A stretch of 64,000 nt of DNA. Origin: an uncultured Gammaproteobacteria bacterium. GTDB taxonomy: Bacteria; Pseudomonadota; Gammaproteobacteria; GCF-002020875. The notes beneath the pieces are model-generated. The model was not told where the DNA came from. It saw only the letters and a list, made by a program, of their open reading frames with translations, and searched no databases. Location: positions 1,720 through 65,719 of the forward strand of contig CAXCCG010000004.1 in NCBI GenBank assembly GCA_963981015.1. Direction: 5' to 3'. The position numbers and the translations under genes were made by a program. Shown here one piece after another: positions 46,785 through 57,813 of the stretch (position 1 is its first letter; the number at the start of each line of letters is the position of its first letter).

Positions 46785-48674
46785 TTGTCTTTCCGCCTGA
46801 AAACCATTCTGGGTGTAGCTCTCATTGAGATCACCCTGTTGCTCTTCCTGGTCTGGAGCAGTATGGATCAGATGCGCCGTTCGAGTGAGCTACAGCTGAT
46901 ACAGCAGGCAGAAACGACCTCGTCACTGTTCTCTTCCATGGTCAAGGATTCGGTGCTCTCCTATGATTTAGCCACAGTAGAGACCTTTGTCTCTGAATTG
47001 ATGAGCAACCCCGGATTGGTCTATGTTCGGGTCTATGACCAGCAGCAGCTACTTGCGGTGGGGGGACGTGATGTAGCCTCAACACAACCTTTTCATCCAG
47101 ACCAGAGTCTGGAGACGGTTACTGATACGGTATTTGATATCAGTGCGCCAATTCGAGAGTCAGGTATTCTCTACGGTCGAGTTGAGTTGGGGATCTCTAC
47201 TCAACAGGTAGAGGAGCGTCTGGATAATGCAACCTGGCGCTCGTCACTGCTGGCATCGACAGAGATTCTGATTTCTGCACTCTTCTCATTTATTCTGGGG
47301 AGCTGGCTGGTTAAACAGTTAGAGGTATTGCGGCGTGCCTCCAGTGAAATCTCTTCAGGTAAGCTGGGACACCAGATTCCTGTTAAAGGAAATGACGAGA
47401 TTGCCGAAACCATCCGTTATTTTAATCAGATGTCGGTTGACCTGGAGGAGTCTATACTGCACCTGAATCTGTTGAACACTTCTCTGGAAGAGCAGGTTGC
47501 TGAGCGTACCCTGACCCTCTCTCAGACTAACCAGCAGCTCTCTTCTATTATGGAGAATATGGCGGATACGCTATTTGTTTTAAATCAAGAGCAGCAGATT
47601 ATTATCCATAACCCTGCTGCAGAGAGACTCTTCTCCTGTGGGAATGACCACTTTCATCAGCTTCAATTCAAAGAGCTGTTTCCTGAGCATCGTTACCCTA
47701 AAATTGAAGAGATGATGATGTGTGAGGAGGTCTGTACAGAAAATTTTGTGCTCTCCAGTGATGAAGAGAGCCAGATATTATCAGTGACCCTTTCACCACT
47801 TCCGGCAGATATGGGGATGGGTCAGAAGTTGGTGCTAATTCGGGATATTACGGAACAGCAAAAACTGGAAGAGAAGGAGCAGATGATCGCCTTTCAGTCT
47901 GGTGTTACGGATATGTCATCCAGCATCATGCACAATATTGGCAATATCATCACTGGCTTGCAAGGCCACCTGTTGAAAGTTCAGATGGGTAGCAAGCACT
48001 TGAATAAAGCAGGAGAGGTGATTAAGCATCGTCTGGATCAGTCTGATGATGTGGAGACATTGAAGGGGCTTGTACGTCTGATTGATGAGTTGATTGCACA
48101 TACCAACAGTAAATTTTTTACCCAGTCAACCGAGGGGTTGAGCAATGGTTTGCGTGATATCGGTGCAGTGATCCATCTGCAAAACAGCCACTCCAAACCT
48201 AATTTTCGGCAGACTGAATTTCATCCAAGCTTCTTTTTTGATGATGTCATTGCGATGCTGGACAAGAAGATCAAACAGTATGGGATAGAGGTTTTTGTAG
48301 AGATTGAGCCGGGGGTTGAGTCATTAAAACTGCCTAGGAATCAGCTCTTTCAGGTGATCCTCCGGGTGATGAATAATGGCATTGCGGCGATTGAAAAAAG
48401 CGGCAATGAGATGGGTGAAATAGAGGTTCGCTTAATGCGAGAGAGTCGTAACGGCAAATCCGGCGTACGGATTACCGTGTTGGATAACGGGATTGGTATA
48501 GAGCGAGAACGTTTGACCAAAATTTTTGCATTTGCTCACACTTCTCAAGGGGGGGGTGGGGGCTTTGGGTTGCATGAGAGCAGTAACTTTATCAAGGCAT
48601 TTGGTGGGACGATTGAGTTACATAGCGAAGGGGTTGGTACGGGTGCAATGGTTGAGATCTGGATGCCTTCGTAG
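46785..48674 (+). CDS. Sensor histidine kinase (2 TM, HAMP, PAS)
   Basis: GNDEIAE HAMP, H box IMHNIGN, DNGIG and GFGLH. Confidence 0.85.
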   Translation: MSFRLKTILGVALIEITLLLFLVWSSMDQMRRSSELQLIQQAETTSSLFSSMVKDSVLSYDLATVETFVSELMSNPGLVYVRVYDQQQLLAVGGRDVASTQPFHPDQSLETVTDTVFDISAPIRESGILYGRVELGISTQQVEERLDNATWRSSLLASTEILISALFSFILGSWLVKQLEVLRRASSEISSGKLGHQIPVKGNDEIAETIRYFNQMSVDLEESILHLNLLNTSLEEQVAERTLTLSQTNQQLSSIMENMADTLFVLNQEQQIIIHNPAAERLFSCGNDHFHQLQFKELFPEHRYPKIEEMMMCEEVCTENFVLSSDEESQILSVTLSPLPADMGMGQKLVLIRDITEQQKLEEKEQMIAFQSGVTDMSSSIMHNIGNIITGLQGHLLKVQMGSKHLNKAGEVIKHRLDQSDDVETLKGLVRLIDELIAHTNSKFFTQSTEGLSNGLRDIGAVIHLQNSHSKPNFRQTEFHPSFFFDDVIAMLDKKIKQYGIEVFVEIEPGVESLKLPRNQLFQVILRVMNNGIAAIEKSGNEMGEIEVRLMRESRNGKSGVRITVLDNGIGIERERLTKIFAFAHTSQGGGGGFGLHESSNFIKAFGGTIELHSEGVGTGAMVEIWMPS

Positions 48675-48710
48675 TGGGAGGTGCGTAAGAGTTTCCCTAA
48701 GGAGCTCATT

Positions 48711-48747
48711 AAAAAGGCCGCTGCGTATCTGATACGCAGCGGCCTTT
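48711..48747. terminator. Intrinsic terminator between the convergent kinase gene and adk
   Basis: AAAAAGGCCGCTGCGTATC-T-GATACGCAGCGGCCTTT inverted repeat. Confidence 0.85.
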
Positions 48748-48768
48748 CCAGAGTGCAACGGTTTTACA

Positions 48769-49452
<684 letters not shown>

Positions 49453-49600
49453 TCAGTGGCTGTTGAGAGCACAAGATGAAACGGTTCAATGTACAAAACA
49501 GGTTCTCACATTTTTTCTGCAAGAAGTAGGGGCATTATTGATTTGAAAGAGGAGTGATACCAGTTCAGGTTTTCAATGGGCTGATAAGGTGGAGTGACGG

Positions 49601-50482
49601 TTAGCCTAGCAGATGGTCGATCATCTGTTCTGCCTGGCGCCCATAGCTGCCACCAAACAGGTTGAAGTGGTTGAGGGTATGGTAGAGATTATAGAGCTTT
49701 TTGCGTTGTGCATAGCCCTCTTGCAAGGGGTAAGATTCGTTGTAGGCGGCATAGAAGCGTTGAGAGAATCCACCAAATAGTTCGGTCATCGCCAGATCGG
49801 TCTCCCGATCACCATAATAGAGCGCAGGATCATAGAGCAGTGGTTCACCCTGTTGAGTGGTAGACCAATTGCCGCCCCACAGGTCTCCGTGCAGTAATGC
49901 GGCTGCAGGCGTGTGTCCTTCTAATCGTTGTGGAAGTTGATCGAGTAGTTTTTCCCCCTTTTGGCAGAGTGATTTCGGGGCACCACGTTCAGCGGCCCAA
50001 TGGAGTTGAGGGGCTATGCGATGTCGTTGCCAGAACAGGTGCCAGTGGTTTTCCAGAGCGTTGAGCTGTGGTGTGGAGCCGATGGTATTGTCGCGGTGCC
50101 AGCCAAACTGTTGTTGAGTGGTGCGGTGCATAGCAGCCAACTGGTGTCCCAATAAAGCTTCTGATGCGGTATTTGCATTCTTTAGTTCGATATATTCCAA
50201 TACCAGAAAGGCGCTCTTGTCAGCGCTTCCACTGAGTATTGGGTGGGGTACACGAATGGACTTGGAGTGTTCCATCTCATACAGTGCAGCGGCCTCTGCC
50301 TCAAACATCGAGAGCCGCTGTGCCTGGTTGATTTTGATAAAAAAGCGCCCATTACCTGTCGTGTTCAGCAAAAAGCTCTGGTTTATGTCGCCGCCATAAA
50401 GTGGCTGGTGACTCTGGTATTCGGTTTTTGAGTGTGCCTGTTGCGCCAGCTGTCGAGTAATGGCCTGTAGCGTGGCACGCAT
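49601..50482 (-). CDS. Fructosamine kinase family protein
   Basis: GGDIN, LLHGDLWGGN, DPA and ETDLAMTELFGGF. Confidence 0.9.
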   Translation of the reverse strand: MRATLQAITRQLAQQAHSKTEYQSHQPLYGGDINQSFLLNTTGNGRFFIKINQAQRLSMFEAEAAALYEMEHSKSIRVPHPILSGSADKSAFLVLEYIELKNANTASEALLGHQLAAMHRTTQQQFGWHRDNTIGSTPQLNALENHWHLFWQRHRIAPQLHWAAERGAPKSLCQKGEKLLDQLPQRLEGHTPAAALLHGDLWGGNWSTTQQGEPLLYDPALYYGDRETDLAMTELFGGFSQRFYAAYNESYPLQEGYAQRKKLYNLYHTLNHFNLFGGSYGRQAEQMIDHLLG

Positions 50483-50484
50483 GG

Positions 50485-51636
50485 TTATACGGTGGGTACG
50501 GGAGGGCTGAAGAGTTTTTGATGTTCAGAGAGTGCGTAGCGATCTGTCATCCCGGCAATATAGTCAGTGATTACTCTTGCCTGATCTGTAGTTGGCAGTT
50601 TTAGTGTCAATTCGTACTGTTCATCCGGGAGCAGTCGTGGCTCCCCTAAAAAGGCCTCAAACAGCTCGCTGAGGATGCGCTCAGCCTTGAGAGTCATGCG
50701 CATTACCCGATAGTGACGGTAGAGTTTCTCTCTCAAAAAATGTTTCAGCTCATGGTTAAGTCGAGCCTGTTCTTCACTGAAGCAAATCAGTGGGCCGTTG
50801 TGTTGGCGTACCGTTTCGATATTTTCTGGCATGGCCTCAGCCAGATTTTTTTCACTGGTTTCGACAATATCGATCACCAGACGATTGATCATGCGGCGCA
50901 CCACTTCATGGATGGTACGGCGTTGATTCAGTTTGGGATAGCTGCTGACAACCGTCTCATACTGTTCACGGAACAGATAGATTTCGCACAGCTGCTCTAT
51001 GGTGATTAGGCCTGCACGGAGTCCATCATCCACATCGTGATTGTTGTAGGCGATCTGGTCTGCAAGATTGACCAGTTGCGCTTCAAGACTGGGCTGGGTC
51101 ATGTTGAGAAAGCGCTCTCCAACCATTCCAACCTGTCGGGCATTGCTTTTGCTGCAGTGTTTCAGAATGCCTTCACGAGATTCAAAGGTGAGGTTGAGGC
51201 CTGCAAACTGTGCATACTTCTCTTCCAGATGGTCAACCACGCGCAGAGACTGGAAATTATGTTCGAAGCCACCATAGGGGGTCATGCAGCGGTTGAGTGC
51301 ATCCTGACCGGCATGTCCAAACGGGGTGTGTCCCAGGTCATGAGCCAGAGCAATCGCTTCAGTCAAGTCTTCATTCAGTCGCAAGGTACGGGCAATGGAG
51401 CGCCCAATCTGTGCCACCTCAACGCTGTGGGTGAGGCGGGTGCGGTAGAGATCACCTTCATGGTTTACGAAGACTTGTGTCTTATATTCAAGTCTGCGGA
51501 AGGCAGTGGAGTGGACGATGCGGTCGCGGTCGCGCTGGAAAGCACTCCGGTAGCGCGGTGAACTCTCCGGGTGGATGCGCCCACGGGTCGAGCTGTCGTG
51601 GGCGGCATAGGGGGCGAGATTGCAGGGATCAGCCAT
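50485..51636 (-). CDS. dgt: dGTP triphosphohydrolase-like protein
   Basis: [27 protein letters not shown] and DYIAGMTD. Confidence 0.93.
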   Translation of the reverse strand: MADPCNLAPYAAHDSSTRGRIHPESSPRYRSAFQRDRDRIVHSTAFRRLEYKTQVFVNHEGDLYRTRLTHSVEVAQIGRSIARTLRLNEDLTEAIALAHDLGHTPFGHAGQDALNRCMTPYGGFEHNFQSLRVVDHLEEKYAQFAGLNLTFESREGILKHCSKSNARQVGMVGERFLNMTQPSLEAQLVNLADQIAYNNHDVDDGLRAGLITIEQLCEIYLFREQYETVVSSYPKLNQRRTIHEVVRRMINRLVIDIVETSEKNLAEAMPENIETVRQHNGPLICFSEEQARLNHELKHFLREKLYRHYRVMRMTLKAERILSELFEAFLGEPRLLPDEQYELTLKLPTTDQARVITDYIAGMTDRYALSEHQKLFSPPVPTV

Positions 51637-51669
51637 AAGCGACCTGTTTTCTGGCGATGGCGGTGCTGG

Positions 51670-52752
51670 TTAGCGGCACCGCTGTAGTGTTTCCTGTAGT
51701 TTTTCAGCAGAGAACTGATCGGTGATGATGGCCCTGCCGATTGCCTGTTGCAATACCAGACGAATCTGTCCCGCCTCAGCCTTTTTGTCTACGGCCATGA
51801 TATTGAGATAGCGTTCAGGCGTAAGATCAGCGGGACCCACAGTGGGTAGTTTGGCCTGTTTCAGGAGTTGCTGAAGCCGATGGATCTCCTCTTCTCCAAT
51901 CCATCCCTGGCGCATCGACAGGTCGGCTGCCATCACCATCCCGGCTGCTACCGCCTCTCCGTGTAGCCATGCACCATATCCCATCCCCGCCTCAATCGCA
52001 TGACCAAATGTATGGCCTGAGTTGAGTAGTGCCCGTTGTCCAGTTTCCAGTTCATCTGCAGCGACCACCTCCGCCTTGTTCTCACAAGAGCGAAGTACTG
52101 CGTAGGCGAGAGCCTTTGGATCACGCGACATGAGCATGACCATATTTTCTTCTAACCACTGGAAGAATTCACTATCACGAATCACCCCGTATTTGACCAC
52201 CTCGGCAATTCCGGCACTCAATTGGCGATCATCTAGGGTGTTGAGGGTGTTGGTATCGGCAATCACACATCGGGGCTGATGAAAGGCACCAATCATGTTT
52301 TTCCCCAGAGGGTGGTTCACGCCGGTTTTACCCCCGACGGAGGAGTCGACCTGTGCCAACAGGGTGGTGGGGATCTGGATAAAGTTGACCCCTCTCTGGT
52401 AACTCGCTGCGGCATAACCGGTAATATCGCCTACGACACCACCGCCGAGTGCAACCAGCGTACACTTGCGGTCAAAGCGGGCTTTGAGCAGGGCATCAAA
52501 TATTGTATTCCAGACCTCAAGATTTTTGTACTCCTCTCCATCCGGCAGGATTACATGTTCAACCTGATAGTTGGCAAAGGCCTTTTCGGCCTGCTCAAGA
52601 TAGAGCGGGGCTACCGTCTCATTAGAGACTATCATCACTTGGCTGCCATGAATGTGCGGGGTAATCCACTCAGGGTTGCCGAGTAGATCAGAGCCTATAT
52701 GGATGGGGTAACTACGGTCCCCCAATTCAACGCGGAGTGTCTGCATATTCAA
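51670..52752 (-). CDS. aroB: 3-dehydroquinate synthase
   Basis: [18 protein letters not shown] and GHTFGHA. Confidence 0.96.
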   Translation of the reverse strand: MNMQTLRVELGDRSYPIHIGSDLLGNPEWITPHIHGSQVMIVSNETVAPLYLEQAEKAFANYQVEHVILPDGEEYKNLEVWNTIFDALLKARFDRKCTLVALGGGVVGDITGYAAASYQRGVNFIQIPTTLLAQVDSSVGGKTGVNHPLGKNMIGAFHQPRCVIADTNTLNTLDDRQLSAGIAEVVKYGVIRDSEFFQWLEENMVMLMSRDPKALAYAVLRSCENKAEVVAADELETGQRALLNSGHTFGHAIEAGMGYGAWLHGEAVAAGMVMAADLSMRQGWIGEEEIHRLQQLLKQAKLPTVGPADLTPERYLNIMAVDKKAEAGQIRLVLQQAIGRAIITDQFSAEKLQETLQRCR

Positions 52753-53274
52753 TTAAAGCTGTTCAATTTTGTGAATAAGTTCAGGGATTGCCTGTTGTAC
52801 GGAGCGCTCATCAGTGCCCGTTACCAGATCAGCAACCTCTCGATAGAGTACATCACGCTCATCAAACAGTGACTGCAGGCGTGCCCTAGGGTCATCAGTC
52901 TGCAGCAATGGACGGTTCCGATCCATACGGGTGCGCCGATGGAGTTGATCTACTGAGGCATTGAGGTAGATGACAAGTCCACGGGCAGAGAGGAAGCTAC
53001 GGTTTTCAGGTCGGAGAATAGCACCCCCACCGGTGGCTAGAACAATGCCACGTTGTTGGGTTAGCTCATCGATGACAGCCGTTTCACGGGTACGAAACCC
53101 CTCCTCCCCCTCAATATCAAAAATAGTGGGAATCGAAACACCGGTACGGCGCTCGATTTCATGGTCACTATCGATGAATTTTTTTCCCATTGATTCGGCA
53201 AGTCGTTTGCCAATCGTCGATTTCCCGGCTCCCATAAGCCCGACAAGGAAGATATTTTGTGCGGATGCAACCAT
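52753..53274 (-). CDS. aroK: Shikimate kinase
   Basis: GLMGAGKST, ATGGG and RPLL. Confidence 0.95.
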   Translation of the reverse strand: MVASAQNIFLVGLMGAGKSTIGKRLAESMGKKFIDSDHEIERRTGVSIPTIFDIEGEEGFRTRETAVIDELTQQRGIVLATGGGAILRPENRSFLSARGLVIYLNASVDQLHRRTRMDRNRPLLQTDDPRARLQSLFDERDVLYREVADLVTGTDERSVQQAIPELIHKIEQL

Positions 53275-53345
53275 CGTTACCCTGCTCCTCTCTCTCTGTT
53301 GTTACTGTTTCGATGATTCAATATTTTGGTCTCTGTAATAGTCTA

Positions 53346-55064
53346 TTATGTGGGCTCTTTCAGAATGGAGGGGGTGATAAAAATCAATAACTCACCTTTA
53401 CCATCAGTCTCACGCTGACTCTGAAAGAGCTGCCCGATAATCGGGAGATCGGCAAGCAGAGGAACCCGATTGACCGCATCGGTTTTTCTCTCCTCATAGA
53501 TCCCTCCAATTACCAAGGTCTCCCCGTCTCCTATCATAACCCGTGTTTTCACTTCACGGGTATCTACGCTAGGTTCGCAATTGTCACAGAAGATGGTGCC
53601 GACGGCATCCTTTTTTACCTGTAACGTCAGGATGATATGGTGATCCGGTGTGATTTGAGGGGTAACCCGTAACTCCATCACCGCATCTTTGAAGCTTACA
53701 TCCGTGCCACCACTGAGTGTATCTGAACGATAGGGGATCTGCACACCCTGTTGAATCGTCGCTTCATAGCCATTAGAGGTGATAATGCGAGGGTTGGCTA
53801 CGATTTCAGTCTTGCCTTCGAGTTGTGCTGCCGAGAGTTCAAGATCAATCAGGTTGCCACTGGATAATTTTGCCAGTGTTAATCCAATACTTCCTGCGGC
53901 AGAGGTGATCGGTAGATTGACCGCAAGACGGCTATTTTCGCCACCAATTCCTGGACTCTGGCCAGATAGAGCGCTATTGGTTGCGTTGTTGCTTCCTGAT
54001 AGAGAGAAACCCCATTGCTGTTGAGCTGGTGACATGGCAGTAATGCCCAGTCGAGCGCCCAGTTCACTGCTGAAGTCATTGGCGGCAATGACAATACGTG
54101 ATTCGATCAGTACCTGTTTTGTGGGCCGGTCTAATGCGGAAATCAGTTGTTGGATCTGTTCCAGCTTCTCTTGCTGCTCACGAATAATAAGTGTATTGGT
54201 GCGTTCATCAATGCCAAGGGCGCCTTGTGGGGAGAGTAGACCGCTATTATCGGAACTCTCCAGGCTTTTCTTCAGATCGGCGGCGTGTGCATAGTGTAGC
54301 GGTATCATCACGGTCTCTAGGGTGACTGCTTGTGGGGGCTGCTCGATGGAGGGGGCGGTGATTGGAATTTCCTCTTTTGAGGGTGGTGAGACAATTAGAA
54401 TACCGTTCTGTTCTGAGAGTTGTAGTTGATTCTGTTCAATGATCAGGTCAAAGGCGACCCGCCAGTCAACCTGCTGAAGTTGCATCGAGGTGGTCCCGCT
54501 TGGTTCACCATTGAGCAACAGATTTTGACCTGCGGCGTGTACAATTTTTTTCAGGGCTGAGGCGATAGGTTCCTGGTCCAGGGAGAGGTCAATGGTTGTC
54601 GATTTAGCAGTTTGCACTGAGGTAGGGTCAGAAAATGAGAGCAGCAGTTTTTTCTCCCGTTGCTGGAGCTGGTGAGGCATGGGGTGCTGGAGTGAGAACA
54701 GCAGTCGTGTTTTGTCCGCACTGGAGGCGATTTGTATCGCCTCAACAGGGGGCGATACCGGGGGAAGGGGGGATGAAAGCTTGGCAACGGTGGCGTTGAT
54801 ATCCATCACCAACTGCTTACCCTCTGCGAGAAGATAAAGTTGGGGTTGTGGGGCGGGTTGGTTAAAGTGAAGTGTGAATGTGTTTTGTAGTCCACCAGCA
54901 TCGGCGGTGCCCTGAAACTGAACTTGGGTCAATTGATTCAATGGCACTTTATCGGAAAGAGCAACAGTGGGTAAAAACAGGGAGAGCAGTAAAATGAAGA
55001 GCAGATTAAGATACACCACAGAGTCTCCAGTGATCGATCGGTAATTGGCAACTCTAAGGTTCAA
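53346..55064 (-). CDS. pilQ: Type IV pilus secretin (start uncertain)
   Basis: DERTNTLII, QVLIESRIV, LRVTPQIT, VPLLADLP and ELLIFITP; immediately upstream of aroK. Confidence 0.88.
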   Translation of the reverse strand: MNLRVANYRSITGDSVVYLNLLFILLLSLFLPTVALSDKVPLNQLTQVQFQGTADAGGLQNTFTLHFNQPAPQPQLYLLAEGKQLVMDINATVAKLSSPLPPVSPPVEAIQIASSADKTRLLFSLQHPMPHQLQQREKKLLLSFSDPTSVQTAKSTTIDLSLDQEPIASALKKIVHAAGQNLLLNGEPSGTTSMQLQQVDWRVAFDLIIEQNQLQLSEQNGILIVSPPSKEEIPITAPSIEQPPQAVTLETVMIPLHYAHAADLKKSLESSDNSGLLSPQGALGIDERTNTLIIREQQEKLEQIQQLISALDRPTKQVLIESRIVIAANDFSSELGARLGITAMSPAQQQWGFSLSGSNNATNSALSGQSPGIGGENSRLAVNLPITSAAGSIGLTLAKLSSGNLIDLELSAAQLEGKTEIVANPRIITSNGYEATIQQGVQIPYRSDTLSGGTDVSFKDAVMELRVTPQITPDHHIILTLQVKKDAVGTIFCDNCEPSVDTREVKTRVMIGDGETLVIGGIYEERKTDAVNRVPLLADLPIIGQLFQSQRETDGKGELLIFITPSILKEPT

Positions 55065-55222
55065 TCACTCAGTTGTCGTATCACTCGAAAGCAGTGCTAT
55101 GCTTCTGTACACTGCAGACTCTCGAGTCTGTCCCTCGGACAACTGTAGAATAATCTTTTAAGAATGTGCCTTACTATAAGATGGCACTGATATTACCCGA
55201 TATTTTTTAGAAAAAACTGCTT

Positions 55223-55238
55223 GTTACAAAATGTTACA
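55223..55238 (-). promoter_or_regulatory. TGTAAC-N4-TGTAAC direct repeat between pilQ and tsaC
   Basis: Identical 16-mer to the one upstream of pilA. Confidence 0.55.
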
Positions 55239-55277
55239 TATACGGGTGGCGTGCTATATGGAATTGGAGTCTATTTG

Positions 55278-55850
55278 ATGCATAGTGGTCCCTATACACC
55301 ATGGAAAATGAGGCAGTTTACCTCCCTGTTTAGAGCGGGAGCAGTTTTTGCCTATCCGACAGAGTCCATTTTTGGTTTGGGATGTGATCCATGGAATCTC
55401 GCAGCGGTGGAGAGAGTCTGGTCTATCAAGCAGCGTGCGCCTGAAAAAGGTTTGATACTGGTAGCCTCAAATCCTCAGCAGTTACGTCCCTGGATTGCAC
55501 TCAGGCATGCTGCGGATTGGCAGCGGTTGTCAGCGTCATCGAGACGCCCAACGACCTGGTTGGTCCCGGCTGCTGCAGGCGCACCCTGGTGGATCAAAGG
55601 GGCTCACCCTAAAATCGCAGTGAGATTGACCACTTTCTCTCCGATGGTGCAGTTATGTGAGACGGTGTCATCGGCAATTGTCTCAACCAGTGCGAATTTT
55701 GCGGGATTTTCTCCGCTGAGAAATACGGTGTCTGTTTATAAAGTAATGAGTAATCAATTAGATATGATTATCTCAGGAGAGACAGGTAGTGAGACGATTC
55801 CCAGTGAGATTCGGGACTTCTACTCTGGAGAAGTGTTGCGATCTAATTGA
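55278..55850 (+). CDS. tsaC: Threonylcarbamoyl-AMP synthase (YrdC/Sua5)
   Basis: AYPTESIFGLGCDP, KQRAPEKGLIL and STSAN. Confidence 0.88.
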   Translation: MHSGPYTPWKMRQFTSLFRAGAVFAYPTESIFGLGCDPWNLAAVERVWSIKQRAPEKGLILVASNPQQLRPWIALRHAADWQRLSASSRRPTTWLVPAAAGAPWWIKGAHPKIAVRLTTFSPMVQLCETVSSAIVSTSANFAGFSPLRNTVSVYKVMSNQLDMIISGETGSETIPSEIRDFYSGEVLRSN

Positions 55851-55960
55851 AAAAATTCACTTTTCAGGCAGACAAAAGGTGTCTCATGGTGTATCATCTC
55901 TGTTAGATGTTCTACTGTAACCAACCTCTGTAATCAACCTGAGAATTTGTGAGTAGATAG

Positions 55961-56641
55961 ATGCTACACAGTATCAAAGAAGTTTGTGAGTTGACCGATA
56001 GAAGTCGTTCCAGTATCTATCGGATGTTCGGGCGTGGAGATCTTGCTTATATGGTGGGCAAAGATGGTAAACGTCGAGTGGAGACCTCGGAGCTATTGCG
56101 TGTCTTCGACGAGATAAACTTTCAGGACCCTTCATCTCTTTCTGAGCAGTCCCCCGCTGTGGCTCAACAGCCACCCTCTCCTCCTGTCCCTCCGCCTACC
56201 GCAAGAGAACCTTCAATGACGGCTAGAGAGTTGAATGATCTGCGAGGGATGATTCATGACATGAAGTCAGAGCTGGATGATATTCGTGAGGATAATCGCA
56301 GGTTACTTCGTCTGTTGGAGCATCAGACTGTACAGCCGACTCAGCAGCCCCCAGTACCTCCTGTGGCAGAGCCTGTTACAAAAGCAGATCCGATCTCTGT
56401 AGAAAATGAGCTGTCAGGGGGGGGTGAAACGGCGGGTGACGAAGAGACAATACCGGTGACTGAAGTGGCTGAGCAGGGGTGGAAGGCTTATCGCAAGCAG
56501 CGTGCTGTTCAGGAAAAACAGCGGCGGCAGCAACGCTCTAGCCAGAATGTTTCCAGATCATCGGAGGAATCCCATCTCATGGGTGAACTGACCGTTTGGT
56601 TGAAAAACTTCTTCTTCGGAGAGTGGCAGAAGCGGACTTGA
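55961..56641 (+). CDS. Excisionase/Exc1-like HTH protein with a coiled coil
   Basis: SIKEVCELTDRSRSSIYR..G..RRVETSELLRVF, followed by a Pro-rich linker and a coiled coil. Confidence 0.65.
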   Translation: MLHSIKEVCELTDRSRSSIYRMFGRGDLAYMVGKDGKRRVETSELLRVFDEINFQDPSSLSEQSPAVAQQPPSPPVPPPTAREPSMTARELNDLRGMIHDMKSELDDIREDNRRLLRLLEHQTVQPTQQPPVPPVAEPVTKADPISVENELSGGGETAGDEETIPVTEVAEQGWKAYRKQRAVQEKQRRQQRSSQNVSRSSEESHLMGELTVWLKNFFFGEWQKRT

Positions 56642-56659
56642 TCGCTGTCTTTTGATTAG

Positions 56660-56817
56660 GGAACCTCTGAACAAGTCTGGGTAATTTGAATTACGTCCAT
56701 AGTGTCCAAGGTCAAGGCGAAGATCGCAGCCAATAGCAGGCTATTAGCAAGGTTTTCAACGAAGATATTGGGCGCTATGGGCGTTAGGCATTTACACATG
56801 ACTTATTCAGAGGTTCC
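56660..56817 (+). mobile_element. MITE copy 3 (158 bp), with an extra orphan end at 56831-56848
   Basis: Same TIRs with a TTAG duplication; a second GACTTATTCAGAGGTTCC-TTAG follows. Confidence 0.85.
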
Positions 56818-56860
56818 TTAGAGAATCCCGGACTTATTCAGAGGTTCCTTAGGTATCGTG

Positions 56861-57223
56861 TCAGTGTGACGCTTTTAGGCGCTTTTCCAGGTGGTTGAGG
56901 TGGGTCTGCTGCTGATTTGTAGCACAGAAGAGCTCTTGAATATTGTTGATGATTGGGAGGAGGTCTGCAGTTACCACAGAGCAGTAGACTCGATTATGGA
57001 TACGTCTGGAGCGAAGGATTCCGGATTTGCGCAATACTTCGATATGTTGAGAGATATTGCTCTGTGTGCTACCGGCATGCTCGAGAATCTCATTGACAAT
57101 CTTTTCGTGGTCTCCCAGAAAACAGAGTATTTTAAGTCGGGTAGGATGGCTGATGGCATGCATTGCTGCGGCGATCTGCTGAATCTCCTCCATTTTAGAG
57201 GGTAAATTAAGGTCCTGTATCAT
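56861..57223 (-). CDS. ArsR family regulator, SqrR/BigR-type persulfide-sensor-like
   Basis: SHPTRLKILC and C-terminal ELFCA give the two-Cys pattern; SQSNISQH-like HTH. Confidence 0.75.
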   Translation of the reverse strand: MIQDLNLPSKMEEIQQIAAAMHAISHPTRLKILCFLGDHEKIVNEILEHAGSTQSNISQHIEVLRKSGILRSRRIHNRVYCSVVTADLLPIINNIQELFCATNQQQTHLNHLEKRLKASH

Positions 57224-57260
57224 TGTGCCTCCAGTTATACACTTGGTCGTTAGTGGTTTC

Positions 57261-57596
57261 TTAGATATCAATGCAGCACTCAACCCCATATTTCTCTTCG
57301 ATGTAGCGTGACAGCACCCGTTGCTGCTCCTTAGAGAGTTGTACGCAGAGGAGAATCAGTTGTGCAAGCTCATCCTCCTCGGCAAAGAAAAACGCGGTAG
57401 GTACCTGTAGTGTATCAGAGAGTTTTGCAATCGTCTGTTCACCAGGTCGATGACGGTTATTCTCATACTGATTGATGCGAGGGCTGGCTGTGGCAGGGTC
57501 AATGCCGATCTCTAGCCCCAGCTGCTTTTGTGAAAGGCCACATTGCTGACGGGCTTGTCTCAGGCGTGTGCCGAAAACTACGTGTGGATCACACAT
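57261..57596 (-). CDS. XRE family HTH regulator
   Basis: RLRQAR..GLSQKQLG..ASPRINQYE. Confidence 0.85.
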   Translation of the reverse strand: MCDPHVVFGTRLRQARQQCGLSQKQLGLEIGIDPATASPRINQYENNRHRPGEQTIAKLSDTLQVPTAFFFAEEDELAQLILLCVQLSKEQQRVLSRYIEEKYGVECCIDI

Positions 57597-57813
57597 AACA
57601 TTCTATTTGACATCTAATTTCCCTCCCTCTATTTAGAATGTAGTCACTTTATTTTGGATCACAAGCTAAAACAATTAAGTAAAACTTAATGTCATAATGA
57701 TTTAGGCATTGAATCACTCTGGTTATGGGTGCCGATCACGATCCACAGAACTACGCTGTGATAGAATTACGTGCTGTTTTAACCGTGTTAAATAATGAAA
57801 TGAGAGGACTTCG

